Made by a program: the position numbers and the translations under genes. 64,000 bases of DNA from positions 64,001 through 128,000 of IMG/VR virus record IMGVR_UViG_3300049427_000004, one strand, 5' to 3'. This DNA comes from a virus. This document shows, piece by piece, positions 18,468-28,019 of the stretch. The notes beneath the pieces were generated by a model. The model made no database searches, was not told where the DNA came from, and was given only the letters and a program-made list of their open reading frames with translations. Positions within the stretch are counted from its first letter, which is position 1, and every line of letters starts with the position of its first letter.

Positions 18468-18695
18468 TCATTTATTGTAACTTTTTAATTGCTCGATAAT
18501 TCCAGCTATCTCATTTTGTAATGACAGGAAGTCATTCAAATCCCCAGTCAGAGACACTGTACCATCTTCCAAGATTTTAAGTTCAGCAGCATTGATATCG
18601 AGATAGTTGTCAGTATTAACATTCAAATATGTAATATCATAATCTGCATGATTCAGTTCAACTTTTACTTTCATTTTTCCATCCTCCTTCCTCAT
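18468..18695 (-). CDS. Hypothetical protein
   Basis: AGGAGG RBS before MKVKVE. Confidence 0.55.
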   Translation of the reverse strand: MRKEDGKMKVKVELNHADYDITYLNVNTDNYLDINAAELKILEDGTVSLTGDLNDFLSLQNEIAGIIEQLKSYNK

Positions 18696-18707
18696 GGAAC
18701 TAGTATT

Positions 18708-19010
18708 TCATTCAGATTCCTCATTGTTGGAATCGATATCAATCTTTACTTGTCGTTTCAACCAATCCAAAACTTTTCTGCCATCAGATGCTTTGTAGAA
18801 ATCTAGAAAATCATCAATTTGAACATGGAAAAAATGATCATTAAGATACTCTTCCAGTTTGGAAGCTGTAATATAAAAATAGAAGTCACTAAATTGATTG
18901 TTCGCTATTAACTGGATCTTATCTGACTTATTTCTGCCCATGTTGTTATGTATCTCCCTGTTGTCAGTAATGAAACCTTTTTTATGTACTTCCATTATTA
19001 TTACGAACAT
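18708..19010 (-). CDS. Hypothetical protein
   Basis: ORF track; overlaps the upstream ORF by 29 nt. Confidence 0.45.
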   Translation of the reverse strand: MFVIIMEVHKKGFITDNREIHNNMGRNKSDKIQLIANNQFSDFYFYITASKLEEYLNDHFFHVQIDDFLDFYKASDGRKVLDWLKRQVKIDIDSNNEESE

Positions 19011-19413
19011 AATTGTATAATATTTGAGTCTGCCTTTTAGTTAATTTTCTAATACCACACATCAACTGCTCTTGATTGCATAATTCCATGTAATTAATCA
19101 TTTCTTCGTAAGACGCAGGTAGTAGTTCTTCTTTCTTAAATGTAATATGTTTAGATAACTTTGAATAAACTGAATCTCTTTTACTAGTAAGTATTGCATA
19201 GACTCTTCCACTACTAAGATTACAGATCCTTGATATCTCATCAACCGATTTGCATTCAATATAATATAGCCTAAGAATTCCTCTTTGCTCTTCGCTTAAA
19301 TAATCGTTGAAATAGAACAAGTTAATTTGCATTTCATCCCAGTAACGATTGATTAAATTTTGAACCGATCCTAACATCCTACCTTTAGTCTTTCTTCTCA
19401 TGTCTGGGTTCAT
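18982..19413 (-). CDS. Sigma-70 region-4-like HTH protein
   Basis: LSEEQRGILRLYYIECKSVDEISRICNLSSGRV. Confidence 0.6.
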   Translation of the reverse strand: MNPDMRRKTKGRMLGSVQNLINRYWDEMQINLFYFNDYLSEEQRGILRLYYIECKSVDEISRICNLSSGRVYAILTSKRDSVYSKLSKHITFKKEELLPASYEEMINYMELCNQEQLMCGIRKLTKRQTQILYNYVRNNNGST

Positions 19414-19665
19414 GTTGACTTCTCCTTAAATAATCATTTCCTACCTTTGAAATCCGTGTTTTATCGTATTTTAAATTCTCTATAAAAAGGCCTGCTTGTT
19501 CGCCAGAAACCTTCCATTCCAGAACAAGTGATGAATAGTCCTTCAGTCCGCTTCTCCATTGAAATTCCGAAAATGTAAAAAATAATATTGAACATTTTAA
19601 TCATATCTTTATCACACCTTTTAATCAGATAAATTCAGACTTTTAACCACTCATCTAATGAGTCT

Positions 19666-19947
19666 TTAACTCCCACTATATAAAGCTGTATCACTTCTTA
19701 AATCAATATCGAGTTCAACTTCACCTTTGTAAAAATCCTTCTTGGTCTTCTTATCCGTCAAATACATTTTAATTGTGCTTCCCTCTCTTACTATGAATAG
19801 ATCATAACCACGCTCACTGAAGCCATCTTCTAACTCATCTAAATCTTTTCCTTTATGCAAAACTCCTAGATTATTTGCCCATCTCCTCAAGTTCTTCATC
19901 ATTTCTTTTTCTAGCTTCTTTAAACTGCTTTCCATTCTTGTTGTCAT
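19666..19947 (-). CDS. Hypothetical protein
   Basis: GAGGAG RBS. Confidence 0.6.
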   Translation of the reverse strand: MTTRMESSLKKLEKEMMKNLRRWANNLGVLHKGKDLDELEDGFSERGYDLFIVREGSTIKMYLTDKKTKKDFYKGEVELDIDLRSDTALYSGS

Positions 19948-19996
19948 ATAAACATCTCCTCAAATTTAAGTGCATGAAATTAGGTTTTCATTATCC

Positions 19997-20248
19997 TTAA
20001 TTCTCATTAATTTCTGGTGGTGCTTCTGGATGTGCTTTGATAAAAGCAATGTAACGCTCGATCTTATCTTCAGCCATCGGTGCCTTTGACCGTTCGTACA
20101 TATTTATTAGGTTATATGTGCAGCCAACGTATTTGTTAAGATCCCCTCTTAATGGAATTTCCTTTTCTCTTCTTATTTTTCTCCAATAAACATTATCGTA
20201 CTTTGGTGTTTCGCTCATGTCGTTTACTCCTATTTCTAATATCCTCAT
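19997..20248 (-). CDS. XRE-family HTH protein
   Basis: WRKIRREKEIPL...YVGCTYNLINMYER. Confidence 0.6.
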   Translation of the reverse strand: MRILEIGVNDMSETPKYDNVYWRKIRREKEIPLRGDLNKYVGCTYNLINMYERSKAPMAEDKIERYIAFIKAHPEAPPEINEN

Positions 20249-20346
20249 ATTACCACTTTATACATATAAAACGCAAGAAAAAGATTGCGAATTTTTTAAA
20301 GATTTTTATATTTTATTTTAATATTCGACAACCGCTTTATAAAAAG

Positions 20347-20388
20347 CGAACATGCGTTCTTGATATTTAAAATACCCTATGCTATACT
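20347..20388 (+). promoter_or_regulatory. LexA (SOS) box overlapping a SigA promoter
   Basis: CGAACATGCGTTCT (20347-20360), then TTGATA-N17-TATACT with extended TG. Confidence 0.7.
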
Positions 20389-20443
20389 CTGTACATCGCT
20401 AGTCCTTCACAAAACACATACGTCATTGGGAGATGATACTGGA

Positions 20444-20653
20444 ATGGAAAGAAAAATGTATACAGTAAAAGGAACACTTTCGCTGCCTCTTGAATTTATG
20501 GTAAAAGCAGATTCTCAACAAGCAGCGAATGAATACGCAGAAACAATTTTTAACGATGAATCAATTGCAAAAATGGAAGCAGATTTATATGATAAGAGAG
20601 ATAAAGTACATTATCTACTAGCCGATTCTTGTAAATTCTCTTGGTTTAAATAA
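20444..20653 (+). CDS. Small SOS-regulated hypothetical protein (69 aa)
   Basis: GGGAG RBS, own promoter, terminator hairpin at about 20666-20700. Confidence 0.65.
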   Translation: MERKMYTVKGTLSLPLEFMVKADSQQAANEYAETIFNDESIAKMEADLYDKRDKVHYLLADSCKFSWFK

Positions 20654-20699
20654 TCCATCTCCCCAACCTGTTATGAGTCGCCCTACTCTGACAGGTTTT

Positions 20700-20888
20700 T
20701 TATCGTTTATAGACTACTTCACCCGTTTCCCTGTTAAAAACCCTTTGGTTTCTCGCGCATATTATTTTTAACGCTTCTAGGTCATTACTACACCTTTTTG
20801 TATTTATCCAAATGTCTAATCGAGCTTTTTCATCTTTCTCCAATCTCTGAATGCAATACTTCAATTGCTTATTCATCTTCTCGCCCAC
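20700..20888 (-). CDS. Hypothetical protein
   Basis: ORF track. Confidence 0.45.
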   Translation of the reverse strand: MGEKMNKQLKYCIQRLEKDEKARLDIWINTKRCSNDLEALKIICARNQRVFNRETGEVVYKR

Positions 20889-20975
20889 TTTCTTTAGTCT
20901 TATCTAGGCTGACTGTTGTTATGTATAAAGTAGGTAATTTAATGGAATTAATTTTAATATTTCATTTAATTGTGA

Positions 20976-21437
20976 TTAAAAAATGACAGCTTTAAACACT
21001 TCTAATACTACGTTTGTCATTCCGTCAGCGAATGTTTTAATGTACTTTAAGGCTTCCTGTGGGTCAATATAGCGACCAATAGTATTAATCACACTAAGAT
21101 GCAAATGACTTCCAAAACTTCTGCCACTAGCCCCACAAAGCCCAATAATATCACCTTTATCAACAACTTCTCCAACCTTGACAGTAATCTTAATCAAATG
21201 ACCATATATAAATTGATAACCCTGATCTGTTTTAATGAAGATTCCATTACCAAGGCCGACACCTTTAGGGGTGTTTACTATCTTATCAACAATTCCATTA
21301 GTAAGAGAATGGATCGGATTTCCTGTTTTGCAAGCAAAATCTATTCCTTTATGCCCATAAGGATGATACTTATCTATTGAACCCCATTCCGAGGTAACTG
21401 TGCCAGTTGGTGATAAAATAAACTTCATCTCAGTCAC
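20976..21437 (-). CDS. M23 family peptidase
   Basis: HKGIDF, YGHL, HLH zinc motifs. Confidence 0.88.
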   Translation of the reverse strand: MTEMKFILSPTGTVTSEWGSIDKYHPYGHKGIDFACKTGNPIHSLTNGIVDKIVNTPKGVGLGNGIFIKTDQGYQFIYGHLIKITVKVGEVVDKGDIIGLCGASGRSFGSHLHLSVINTIGRYIDPQEALKYIKTFADGMTNVVLEVFKAVIF

Positions 21438-21681
21438 CTCTTATTCTAATTTTTCCGTTATGATAATTCATTTTTAATATTTTCACTTGATGGAAAGTAT
21501 ACCTGTAACTACACAAGCCGTAATTAGAAACCCAAAATTCTTCGCCCAAATCATCAATAATTGCAAATTCATACTCATCATCAAAGAAATCAAAATCCAC
21601 AACTCGATAAATTCTATCATTAGAAATAAACTTTTCTTTTGATCCATTGTAAACATCTCTAAAAGCTTTAAAGAAAGGCAT
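21430..21681 (-). CDS. Hypothetical protein
   Basis: ORF with RBS. Confidence 0.55.
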   Translation of the reverse strand: MPFFKAFRDVYNGSKEKFISNDRIYRVVDFDFFDDEYEFAIIDDLGEEFWVSNYGLCSYRYTFHQVKILKMNYHNGKIRIRGD

Positions 21682-21766
21682 ACTATTGTCACCCTTTCCC
21701 TATTAAATGTGTCATTTATTTGGTTAGAGGAATACCTTTTTCTATTTTCATTTGAATAATTTTATT

Positions 21767-21925
21767 TTAAATTTCTTTATACCCCTTTGCTCTCCACCTA
21801 ACAACTTCAGAATTCCCATCGGTGTCCTCTGCTTCTGCAAGTGCTTCACAGGTGTGCTGAATATCATCCAAGATATCTGCATATGACTGCAATTCTTCGT
21901 AAGTTTCCTGTACTTTTTCTGGCAT
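21767..21925 (-). CDS. Hypothetical acidic protein (52 aa, MPEKVQETY...)
   Basis: Hand-translated; GAGGAG RBS; preferred to the overlapping track ORF 21748..21954. Confidence 0.55.
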   Translation of the reverse strand: MPEKVQETYEELQSYADILDDIQHTCEALAEAEDTDGNSEVVRWRAKGYKEI

Positions 21926-21957
21926 ATTTTCTCCTCTCGAAATGCGGATTTCATTTG

Positions 21958-22179
21958 CTAATCTGCCGCGACATGTGCCGAAAGTTTGTAGTCGAATGCC
22001 TGAATGACTAAATTAGAACCATCCTTAAAACTTATAACTATTGATCGTTTCTCAATATTAATGTTATCGATAGTTGCATTTGTTAAATGGTCAATGATTT
22101 CTTGGTTATCTTCAATTCTGAACATAGTTTCCTCCCTATTAAATACCGATTTTAACACCTTATTTTTCAGAATGGGCAA
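21958..22179 (-). CDS. Hypothetical protein
   Basis: ORF track; GGGAGG RBS before MFRIED. Confidence 0.5.
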   Translation of the reverse strand: MPILKNKVLKSVFNREETMFRIEDNQEIIDHLTNATIDNINIEKRSIVISFKDGSNLVIQAFDYKLSAHVAAD

Positions 22180-22411
22180 TCAGTTTGCCAAGAATACCGC
22201 CAGCCCAATGTATGTTGCTTTTCAATTGTTCGTTATGCATGTCATCAATTACCTTCAGACGATCTTGCAACCTTCTATTTTCTCTTCGCAGTCTAACATT
22301 TTCCTCAATCATACTTACAGTTGCAGTTGCATTAATATACAGCTGCTCTTCATCTGGTGTTAACTCCATAGAATCAATAATATCGTAACGGTTTAATTTG
22401 AACATTTTCAT
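22160..22411 (-). CDS. Hypothetical coiled-coil protein
   Basis: AAGGAG RBS. Confidence 0.55.
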   Translation of the reverse strand: MKMFKLNRYDIIDSMELTPDEEQLYINATATVSMIEENVRLRRENRRLQDRLKVIDDMHNEQLKSNIHWAGGILGKLIAHSEK

Positions 22412-22632
22412 TTCTCCTTTTTTATAAATTATTGTTGTATGATTCGATTAGTCCATTAACAATTTCTCGTTCTTTAATCCAATTTCTTATCTCTTGACCA
22501 GTGTGCTCACACAGATCACAGGTTTCTTCATCTTCTGGGATTCCTCCGTATGAACATGCTTGACAATTCCAAGTTTGAGGTAATTTAAATCTTATTCTCA
22601 TGTCAATTCTCCTTATAAAGTAGTGATTTCAT

Positions 22633-22809
22633 CTAAACAGAATCTCTTGCCTTTTTCACTGCTGAGTATACATCAAATGCATAATCATCTTTCATATCTG
22701 AGTACCCCCACGTTCTCTCATCCAGCATATCTCTAGCCAGCTCAAGACATTTGCTAAGTTTTTCGCGTAATTCGTTTCTTCTTTCATCATAACTCGTTAC
22801 AACACCCAT
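22633..22809 (-). CDS. Hypothetical protein (58 aa, MGVVTSYDERR...)
   Basis: Hand-translated; AGGAG RBS. Confidence 0.5.
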   Translation of the reverse strand: MGVVTSYDERRNELREKLSKCLELARDMLDERTWGYSDMKDDYAFDVYSAVKKARDSV

Positions 22810-22865
22810 TTGCCTTATCTCCTTTTGTATATTAATTTAGTGAATAAAAGAACAATTTTAATACC

Positions 22866-23102
22866 TTATTCCGTTGCTTCCATTGATTCTTCTTCGATTA
22901 TTTCAAGACACAAACCAACGCACTCATTGCAAATATACACGTTGTTTCCTGCGACTAATTTCTTAACATCGTTCTGCGTTTTGCCGCAAAAAGAACATCT
23001 TAGTAAATCATCGGGAATAAGAAAAGTTAATTTATCATACTTCTTTGCTTTCTCAATTGATTCGTAAAATTGATCCAACATTTCTTTGCTCATCTTAGTC
23101 AT
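22866..23102 (-). CDS. Stand-alone ClpX C4-type zinc-binding domain protein
   Basis: [30 protein letters not shown]. Confidence 0.85.
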   Translation of the reverse strand: MTKMSKEMLDQFYESIEKAKKYDKLTFLIPDDLLRCSFCGKTQNDVKKLVAGNNVYICNECVGLCLEIIEEESMEATE

Positions 23103-23114
23103 CTCCTCTCTCTT

Positions 23115-23384
23115 TTAACAAGCTACAGGGCTATTCTGACACTCTTTCCATTTCGTATAGATATCTAACACCATTTTGACTTCATGAGTCGCTGGTTTCA
23201 ATTTAGGATGCCATGCGTCTGAATCATTCTCAAGAAGCACTAGCAAATCAAGTTGAAAGTTAGAAATGGATACTTTTAATTCAGTTTCAGCAAATTTGAT
23301 AATATTCATTTTTATTAATTCCCCATTCGTTTTATGATAATTAGTTTTAATGTAGTGTTTGGTATTTGCCAGTGTTGTTATCAT
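23115..23384 (-). CDS. Hypothetical protein
   Basis: ORF track. Confidence 0.45.
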   Translation of the reverse strand: MITTLANTKHYIKTNYHKTNGELIKMNIIKFAETELKVSISNFQLDLLVLLENDSDAWHPKLKPATHEVKMVLDIYTKWKECQNSPVAC

Positions 23385-23781
23385 AATTCATATCGTACAA
23401 TTTATCCTTGATCTTTTTGATACATGCAGCCACTCGCTCATCTATGCTTTGTTCTTTTTCAAGTTCCTTTCGGGCTTTTTCTTGTGATACTGAAATCAAT
23501 GTCGCTTGGCTGATGTAGAAATCAAAAGCAAATGTATTGAGATCATCTACTGTTATCTTAGTGTTTGTGATATTATCGAAAATTTGTGTCGCAAAACCTT
23601 TACCAAATGGATAGAAAACAAATGACACATCGCATAATTCATTTTGTTCAGCAAGGATTAAATCAATTTCTACTTCGGTTATGTATTTGTTTTCTGCTTT
23701 GATTTTGTTCCGTAAGAAGTCCTCTTCAATAAATCTTACACGCATTCCGAAATCACTAACTTTCATTGTTATCATCTCCAT
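23347..23781 (-). CDS. Hypothetical protein
   Basis: 144-aa ORF. Confidence 0.6.
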   Translation of the reverse strand: MEMITMKVSDFGMRVRFIEEDFLRNKIKAENKYITEVEIDLILAEQNELCDVSFVFYPFGKGFATQIFDNITNTKITVDDLNTFAFDFYISQATLISVSQEKARKELEKEQSIDERVAACIKKIKDKLYDMNYDNNTGKYQTLH

Positions 23782-23812
23782 TTTTATTTTTAAAGTACTT
23801 GAAAATCACTAT

Positions 23813-24061
23813 TTATTGCTCTTCTCGTTGCATCTCAAGCCATTTACTATATCGGATACATCTCGTTTCTGCGTTTGAACCAATAAAAACTAAGTCACCC
23901 CAATTTTTAGACAATGGCTCAATCCCTTTAGGAACTTGCTCTGTGAACACTTGCCATTTGCCATCAATCAAAGCTTCATTGACTGCTTCATCTTCCCAAC
24001 TTTCAACCTTTAAAAACTGAAAAGCATTATTTGAATAATAGAAATTCTTTTCTTTAGTCAC
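23813..24061 (-). CDS. Hypothetical protein
   Basis: ORF with RBS. Confidence 0.55.
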   Translation of the reverse strand: MTKEKNFYYSNNAFQFLKVESWEDEAVNEALIDGKWQVFTEQVPKGIEPLSKNWGDLVFIGSNAETRCIRYSKWLEMQREEQ

Positions 24062-24095
24062 TGTAAACTCATCTCCTTTTAATTCTGCTTTTCAT

Positions 24096-24365
24096 TTACT
24101 GCTTCAAGATTGCTCTTGCATGTAGGACTTCATAAAATTTTACCTCAGTAATTTCTTCAATCTCAATTAATTCATTTTTATAATTCCAAAATCCATCAAC
24201 TTTATCGTGCCAGATGCAGCAAATAGCTCTGTTGAATTCGTCCTTTGAATCAAGAAAATAGGTAAGTCCATTATCAGAACTTAACTTGAATCCCCTACAT
24301 TCTTTTTCAAGATAACGCTTTTGATTGTGTGTTTGATTTAGATCCCCTTTTATATAATAATTCAT
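24096..24365 (-). CDS. Hypothetical protein
   Basis: GAGGAGG RBS. Confidence 0.55.
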   Translation of the reverse strand: MNYYIKGDLNQTHNQKRYLEKECRGFKLSSDNGLTYFLDSKDEFNRAICCIWHDKVDGFWNYKNELIEIEEITEVKFYEVLHARAILKQ

Positions 24366-24985
24366 GTTTATTCCTCCTCTTACAATCGCTCTTTCATAGT
24401 CTGTTATTCATATCTGCTTTGGATCTTCCATCCAGTTAATTGACCTTCCCTATACAAAGGTAACGCCTCATTGTAATTATGTGGTAACTTTTGAACATTT
24501 AGTTTAAAATCGTCTTCTTCACTTCTGTTATATTCTCTTTTGATAATCACTACTTATCTACCCCCTTATCCGATAAATGACTTATTTCATCAGGATTGCA
24601 TCAATAATTTTCTGACAAGAATTATTGTAATGCGCCTGAGCCAGTTCCATACTTTTCTCTAAAGTATACACATCTCTCGCAATATCATTACCATCAAACC
24701 AAATCATATATGTATCATTATTTCCTTTTGAAATGAGATAATGACTTCTCTTAATTCAAAAGTCAACCCATGTCTCGTATTTATGTAACAAGGTTGGCTT
24801 AAGCTCCAATTTCTTAAACATATTATTTTCTCCTTTTCACTTTAAAATAAAATACTTCTTTTATCACCCTACACATATTCATTTTCAATTACCTTCACGA
24901 TAACTATCTTCCCATCTACTCCTACTGCTTTGAATCCGAGTGTTTTCATTTTTCTCATCTCCTATTATATGAATCCTTTCATTAC

Positions 24986-25585
24986 CTAACAAGCAAACTT
25001 ATTTTTCCATCTTTCTGTAAATATTACAGCCATATGATGAATAGACCCAATACTATTCAGACCGCTCAAGCACTGTCCGATTATATAACCAGCGAAATTT
25101 CCCTTGTCTTCTTCATTGAAATTTTCTTTGGTGTTCATGTTAGCTTCGTACCCATGCTGTTCAAAACCATTAATTACTGCTTCTCTATCAAATAATACAC
25201 CAATTCGATCAGACAAAGGCTGTAATTTAACCAGCCACTCAAGAACACAATTCAGATCCGAAAAGTCTAAGGAGTTAATACTTTCTACATGATGCTGTGC
25301 CTCGATACTCATTTTTTTAACTTCTTCTTCACGCTTACGCTCTCTTTCTTTGTATTCTGGGGAGTTAACCCATGCTTCTCGACGCTGCTCACACTGATTA
25401 TCATAATCTTTCAAAATTTCTTCAACAGTTGTTTGTGTAGTGACTTTCATGACAACTTCATTAAATTCGCCTTCAATGTCATGATTTTTATTTTTCCGAA
25501 TTTCAACCAACCGATTCGCAAAATCGGAAATGTGATCTCCAATCATACCACTAAATCTAACGTTTTTCATATTTATCATTATCAT
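24986..25585 (-). CDS. Hypothetical protein
   Basis: 199-aa ORF with AAGGTG RBS. Confidence 0.65.
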   Translation of the reverse strand: MIMINMKNVRFSGMIGDHISDFANRLVEIRKNKNHDIEGEFNEVVMKVTTQTTVEEILKDYDNQCEQRREAWVNSPEYKERERKREEEVKKMSIEAQHHVESINSLDFSDLNCVLEWLVKLQPLSDRIGVLFDREAVINGFEQHGYEANMNTKENFNEEDKGNFAGYIIGQCLSGLNSIGSIHHMAVIFTERWKNKFAC

Positions 25586-25623
25586 TTATCATTATCACCT
25601 TTCTGCTATTAGTTATAAAATAT

Positions 25624-25809
25624 TCATTTTATGTACTTAGTAAACTGCTCAGTCACTTCATTTCCTTTATCGAAAATCGCTCCATTCTCCTTCACCTCAA
25701 AACCAGATAATTTGAGCAATTCAATAATTTCATCCTTTGTTTTACTAAAGTAAAAATCATCAGTGTCTTTTTGGAACTTTTCTAATTTTGATGACACACT
25801 TACCACCAC
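25624..25809 (-). CDS. Hypothetical protein
   Basis: ORF between two junction palindromes. Confidence 0.5.
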   Translation of the reverse strand: MVVSVSSKLEKFQKDTDDFYFSKTKDEIIELLKLSGFEVKENGAIFDKGNEVTEQFTKYIK

Positions 25810-25829
25810 CTTATGAAAGGATCAATTTA

Positions 25830-26102
25830 TTAGCCGATAGCAACAATTTGTCTAACTAAGTTCATTCTATAATTCGGTTCGCTCCACATAATTTTTTTTC
25901 TTTCTTCTACCTCATATTCAGCAGCATCTTTTTCTTCTTTCAGTTTATCAATATTATCATTCAGTATCATGTAATTTCGTTGAATCTCCAGAAAGATTTC
26001 TTCCAACTCTGAGTTAGGATTTTTGAGTACAAACGATTCAAGTTTATCAATTGATTGTTCTAACTTCATCATATTCAACCCCCAATGAAAATATAGATTC
26101 AT
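25830..26102 (-). CDS. Hypothetical coiled-coil protein
   Basis: ORF track. Confidence 0.5.
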   Translation of the reverse strand: MNLYFHWGLNMMKLEQSIDKLESFVLKNPNSELEEIFLEIQRNYMILNDNIDKLKEEKDAAEYEVEERKKIMWSEPNYRMNLVRQIVAIG

Positions 26103-26274
26103 GTGCTTTCTTTATGTATTACTGCTTCTTTTTGATAAGTTCATCTTATCATTTATATATGTAAACTGCAACAACTATTTTACATTTTTTCGTTTTGTTA
26201 TTGATATATAAAAAAGTCCAACATGATCACTCGGATCATACTGGACTATGTGGGTTCATTCTTCAGAATGTTTC

Positions 26275-26448
26275 TCATATTTTAAAGAGCATAACTTTTT
26301 TATCACCGATCTTCACACTGGCCTTTCTTGTTCTTTCAGCTTCAGTAAGTATTGATATCACATTACCAAATCCCAAATTTTCAAAAAATTCCGCAATGCC
26401 TTCTTTGCTAAACATTGCATCACGAGTACCCCAAATTTTATAACTCAT
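26275..26448 (-). CDS. Hypothetical protein (57 aa, [11 protein letters not shown]...)
   Basis: Hand-translated; overlaps the mazF stop codon. Confidence 0.5.
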   Translation of the reverse strand: MSYKIWGTRDAMFSKEGIAEFFENLGFGNVISILTEAERTRKASVKIGDKKVMLFKI

Positions 26449-26870
26449 CTATATATCCCCTCTTTTATTAAATTTTTTATGTATTGTATTTTTTCTTCCG
26501 ATTTAAATATATCCAGTAACCCAGATGAGACTAAAAGCGCAAGATCTACTTTCATCATATCTTCATCATCTAATACTGTTATTTTATTTTCATAATCTAA
26601 ACGTTCTTTGTCTACAGTCCTCACTTGCTCCAGAAGGATAACTGAGTCACGTTCAATTTTGTATTTTTCAGTTTTTATTTCAACATGAGTTGGAAGTTTA
26701 GCTTTTTGTATCTGAGAAGTAATAGCTGCCACTGCTACAGTAGGACTAAATCGGTTTCCAACGTTATTTTGATACACGAGTACAGGTCGTAGCCCACCTT
26801 GCTCTGATCCCGTTACAGGAGATAAATCTGCTAAGTAAATATCCCCTCTTTTAATCCATGAAGACGACAT
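26445..26870 (-). CDS. mazF: MazF/PemK family endoribonuclease, close to Bacillus NdoA
   Basis: [54 protein letters not shown]. Confidence 0.92.
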   Translation of the reverse strand: MSSSWIKRGDIYLADLSPVTGSEQGGLRPVLVYQNNVGNRFSPTVAVAAITSQIQKAKLPTHVEIKTEKYKIERDSVILLEQVRTVDKERLDYENKITVLDDEDMMKVDLALLVSSGLLDIFKSEEKIQYIKNLIKEGIYR

Positions 26871-27013
26871 CTCTCTCACTCCTCAAAATACTATTAATTT
26901 TAATTTTATATAATTCCCTTTATTGTTCACTATTTAAATTCAATGTAATTAGACCATTCGAACAAACTACTTTATTTGGCATTCGTATAATTCACTTTTT
27001 ATCTTATAAATGA

Positions 27014-27057
27014 ATTATAAGACTATGTACCTAATACTACAAGCGAACATACGTTTC
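27014..27057 (-). promoter_or_regulatory. SigA promoter with adjacent LexA box upstream of mazF
   Basis: TTGTAG-N17-TATAAT; CGAACATACGTTTC at 27044-27057 matches CGAACRNRYGTTYC. Confidence 0.68.
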
Positions 27058-27230
27058 ATTTCACAACTTTATTTAAATTACAAGCAATAATTTTTCAGCA
27101 AATCTTTACTTGACAGGCTGTTAATTTTGTGTTTAATTCGATTATTTGTTTTTATGTATATTGTCAGTATGCACGTCTTATTCTTATTTTATACAAAAAA
27201 ATAGAAAACGAAACAAAAAGAAGCCTATCT

Positions 27231-27440
27231 CTACTGAGAAGGCTCCTTTATCGTCCATATTTCGTACACAGTAACCCCTAGAGCCTCTGCAATCAAATAT
27301 GCCCTATATAATGATGGTTCACTATTGTTGTTCGCCAGCATCGTTATGGTCGTTCTACTGATCCCTGTGAGCTGTGCTAACGTCTTCTGATCCATCTTAT
27401 TGCGCCAAAGCAGTATCTTAAGATTGTTTTCAATTTCCAT
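27231..27440 (-). CDS. XRE-family HTH regulator
   Basis: MDQKTLAQLTGISRTTI...EPSLYRAYLIAEALG. Confidence 0.85.
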   Translation of the reverse strand: MEIENNLKILLWRNKMDQKTLAQLTGISRTTITMLANNNSEPSLYRAYLIAEALGVTVYEIWTIKEPSQ

Positions 27441-27502
27441 TGACTCACCTCATTCTAAGTTGTTAACAAAATTCAATTCAACTTTGCACAATTCAGGATG
27501 CT

Positions 27503-27733
27503 TTGCATATGTTATGGTATGAGACACGAAGAAAGGATATGACAAACAAAATGAAGAAATGTGACTATTGCAATGAAGTGAAAGTTGTAAATTTAACCGA
27601 CGAGGAACATGACTTATGTTTAAACTGCTTAGAGGGATTACAAATTAATTGGCTGGAGGTGATTGAGATTGATGCACATACATTGGAGATTAGCGGAGTT
27701 GTGGACAATACAATTAAAAAGAGAATTATCTGA
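27503..27733 (+). CDS. Hypothetical zinc-binding protein
   Basis: CDYC...CLNC; divergent from the HTH gene. Confidence 0.45.
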   Translation: MHMLWYETRRKDMTNKMKKCDYCNEVKVVNLTDEEHDLCLNCLEGLQINWLEVIEIDAHTLEISGVVDNTIKKRII

Positions 27734-27926
27734 AAATGAATTAGAGGAAATGAAACTGTGTATGCAATTGAATGCTTCTTTTGCTTACAAAATGGCTGAT
27801 CTCTACAATTTAGCGCTAATTGCTAATATGACTGATGACATAGATTATTTACATGAGGTTTGCAGCTCAATAGATAAACTGGAGATTGAATACAAATTAA
27901 AGAAGCCAACGCTTAAGGAACGTTGA
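27663..27926 (+). CDS. Hypothetical protein
   Basis: GGAGGTG RBS; followed by a terminator at about 27963-27992. Confidence 0.55.
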   Translation: MRLMHIHWRLAELWTIQLKRELSENELEEMKLCMQLNASFAYKMADLYNLALIANMTDDIDYLHEVCSSIDKLEIEYKLKKPTLKER

Positions 27927-28019
27927 CTTCGTGAGAAAAGGATAAGTCGAATATAATATATGCGCCTTCATTGAAATTGATGAAGGTTTTTTGTAATTGA
28001 AATCAACATTTCAATGACC

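Noticed and set aside
27487-27514. SigK promoter before the plus-strand 27.5-kb genes
   Set aside because: The CATA-N3-TA -10 is present but spacing to CACA is only 15 nt; too weak to call.
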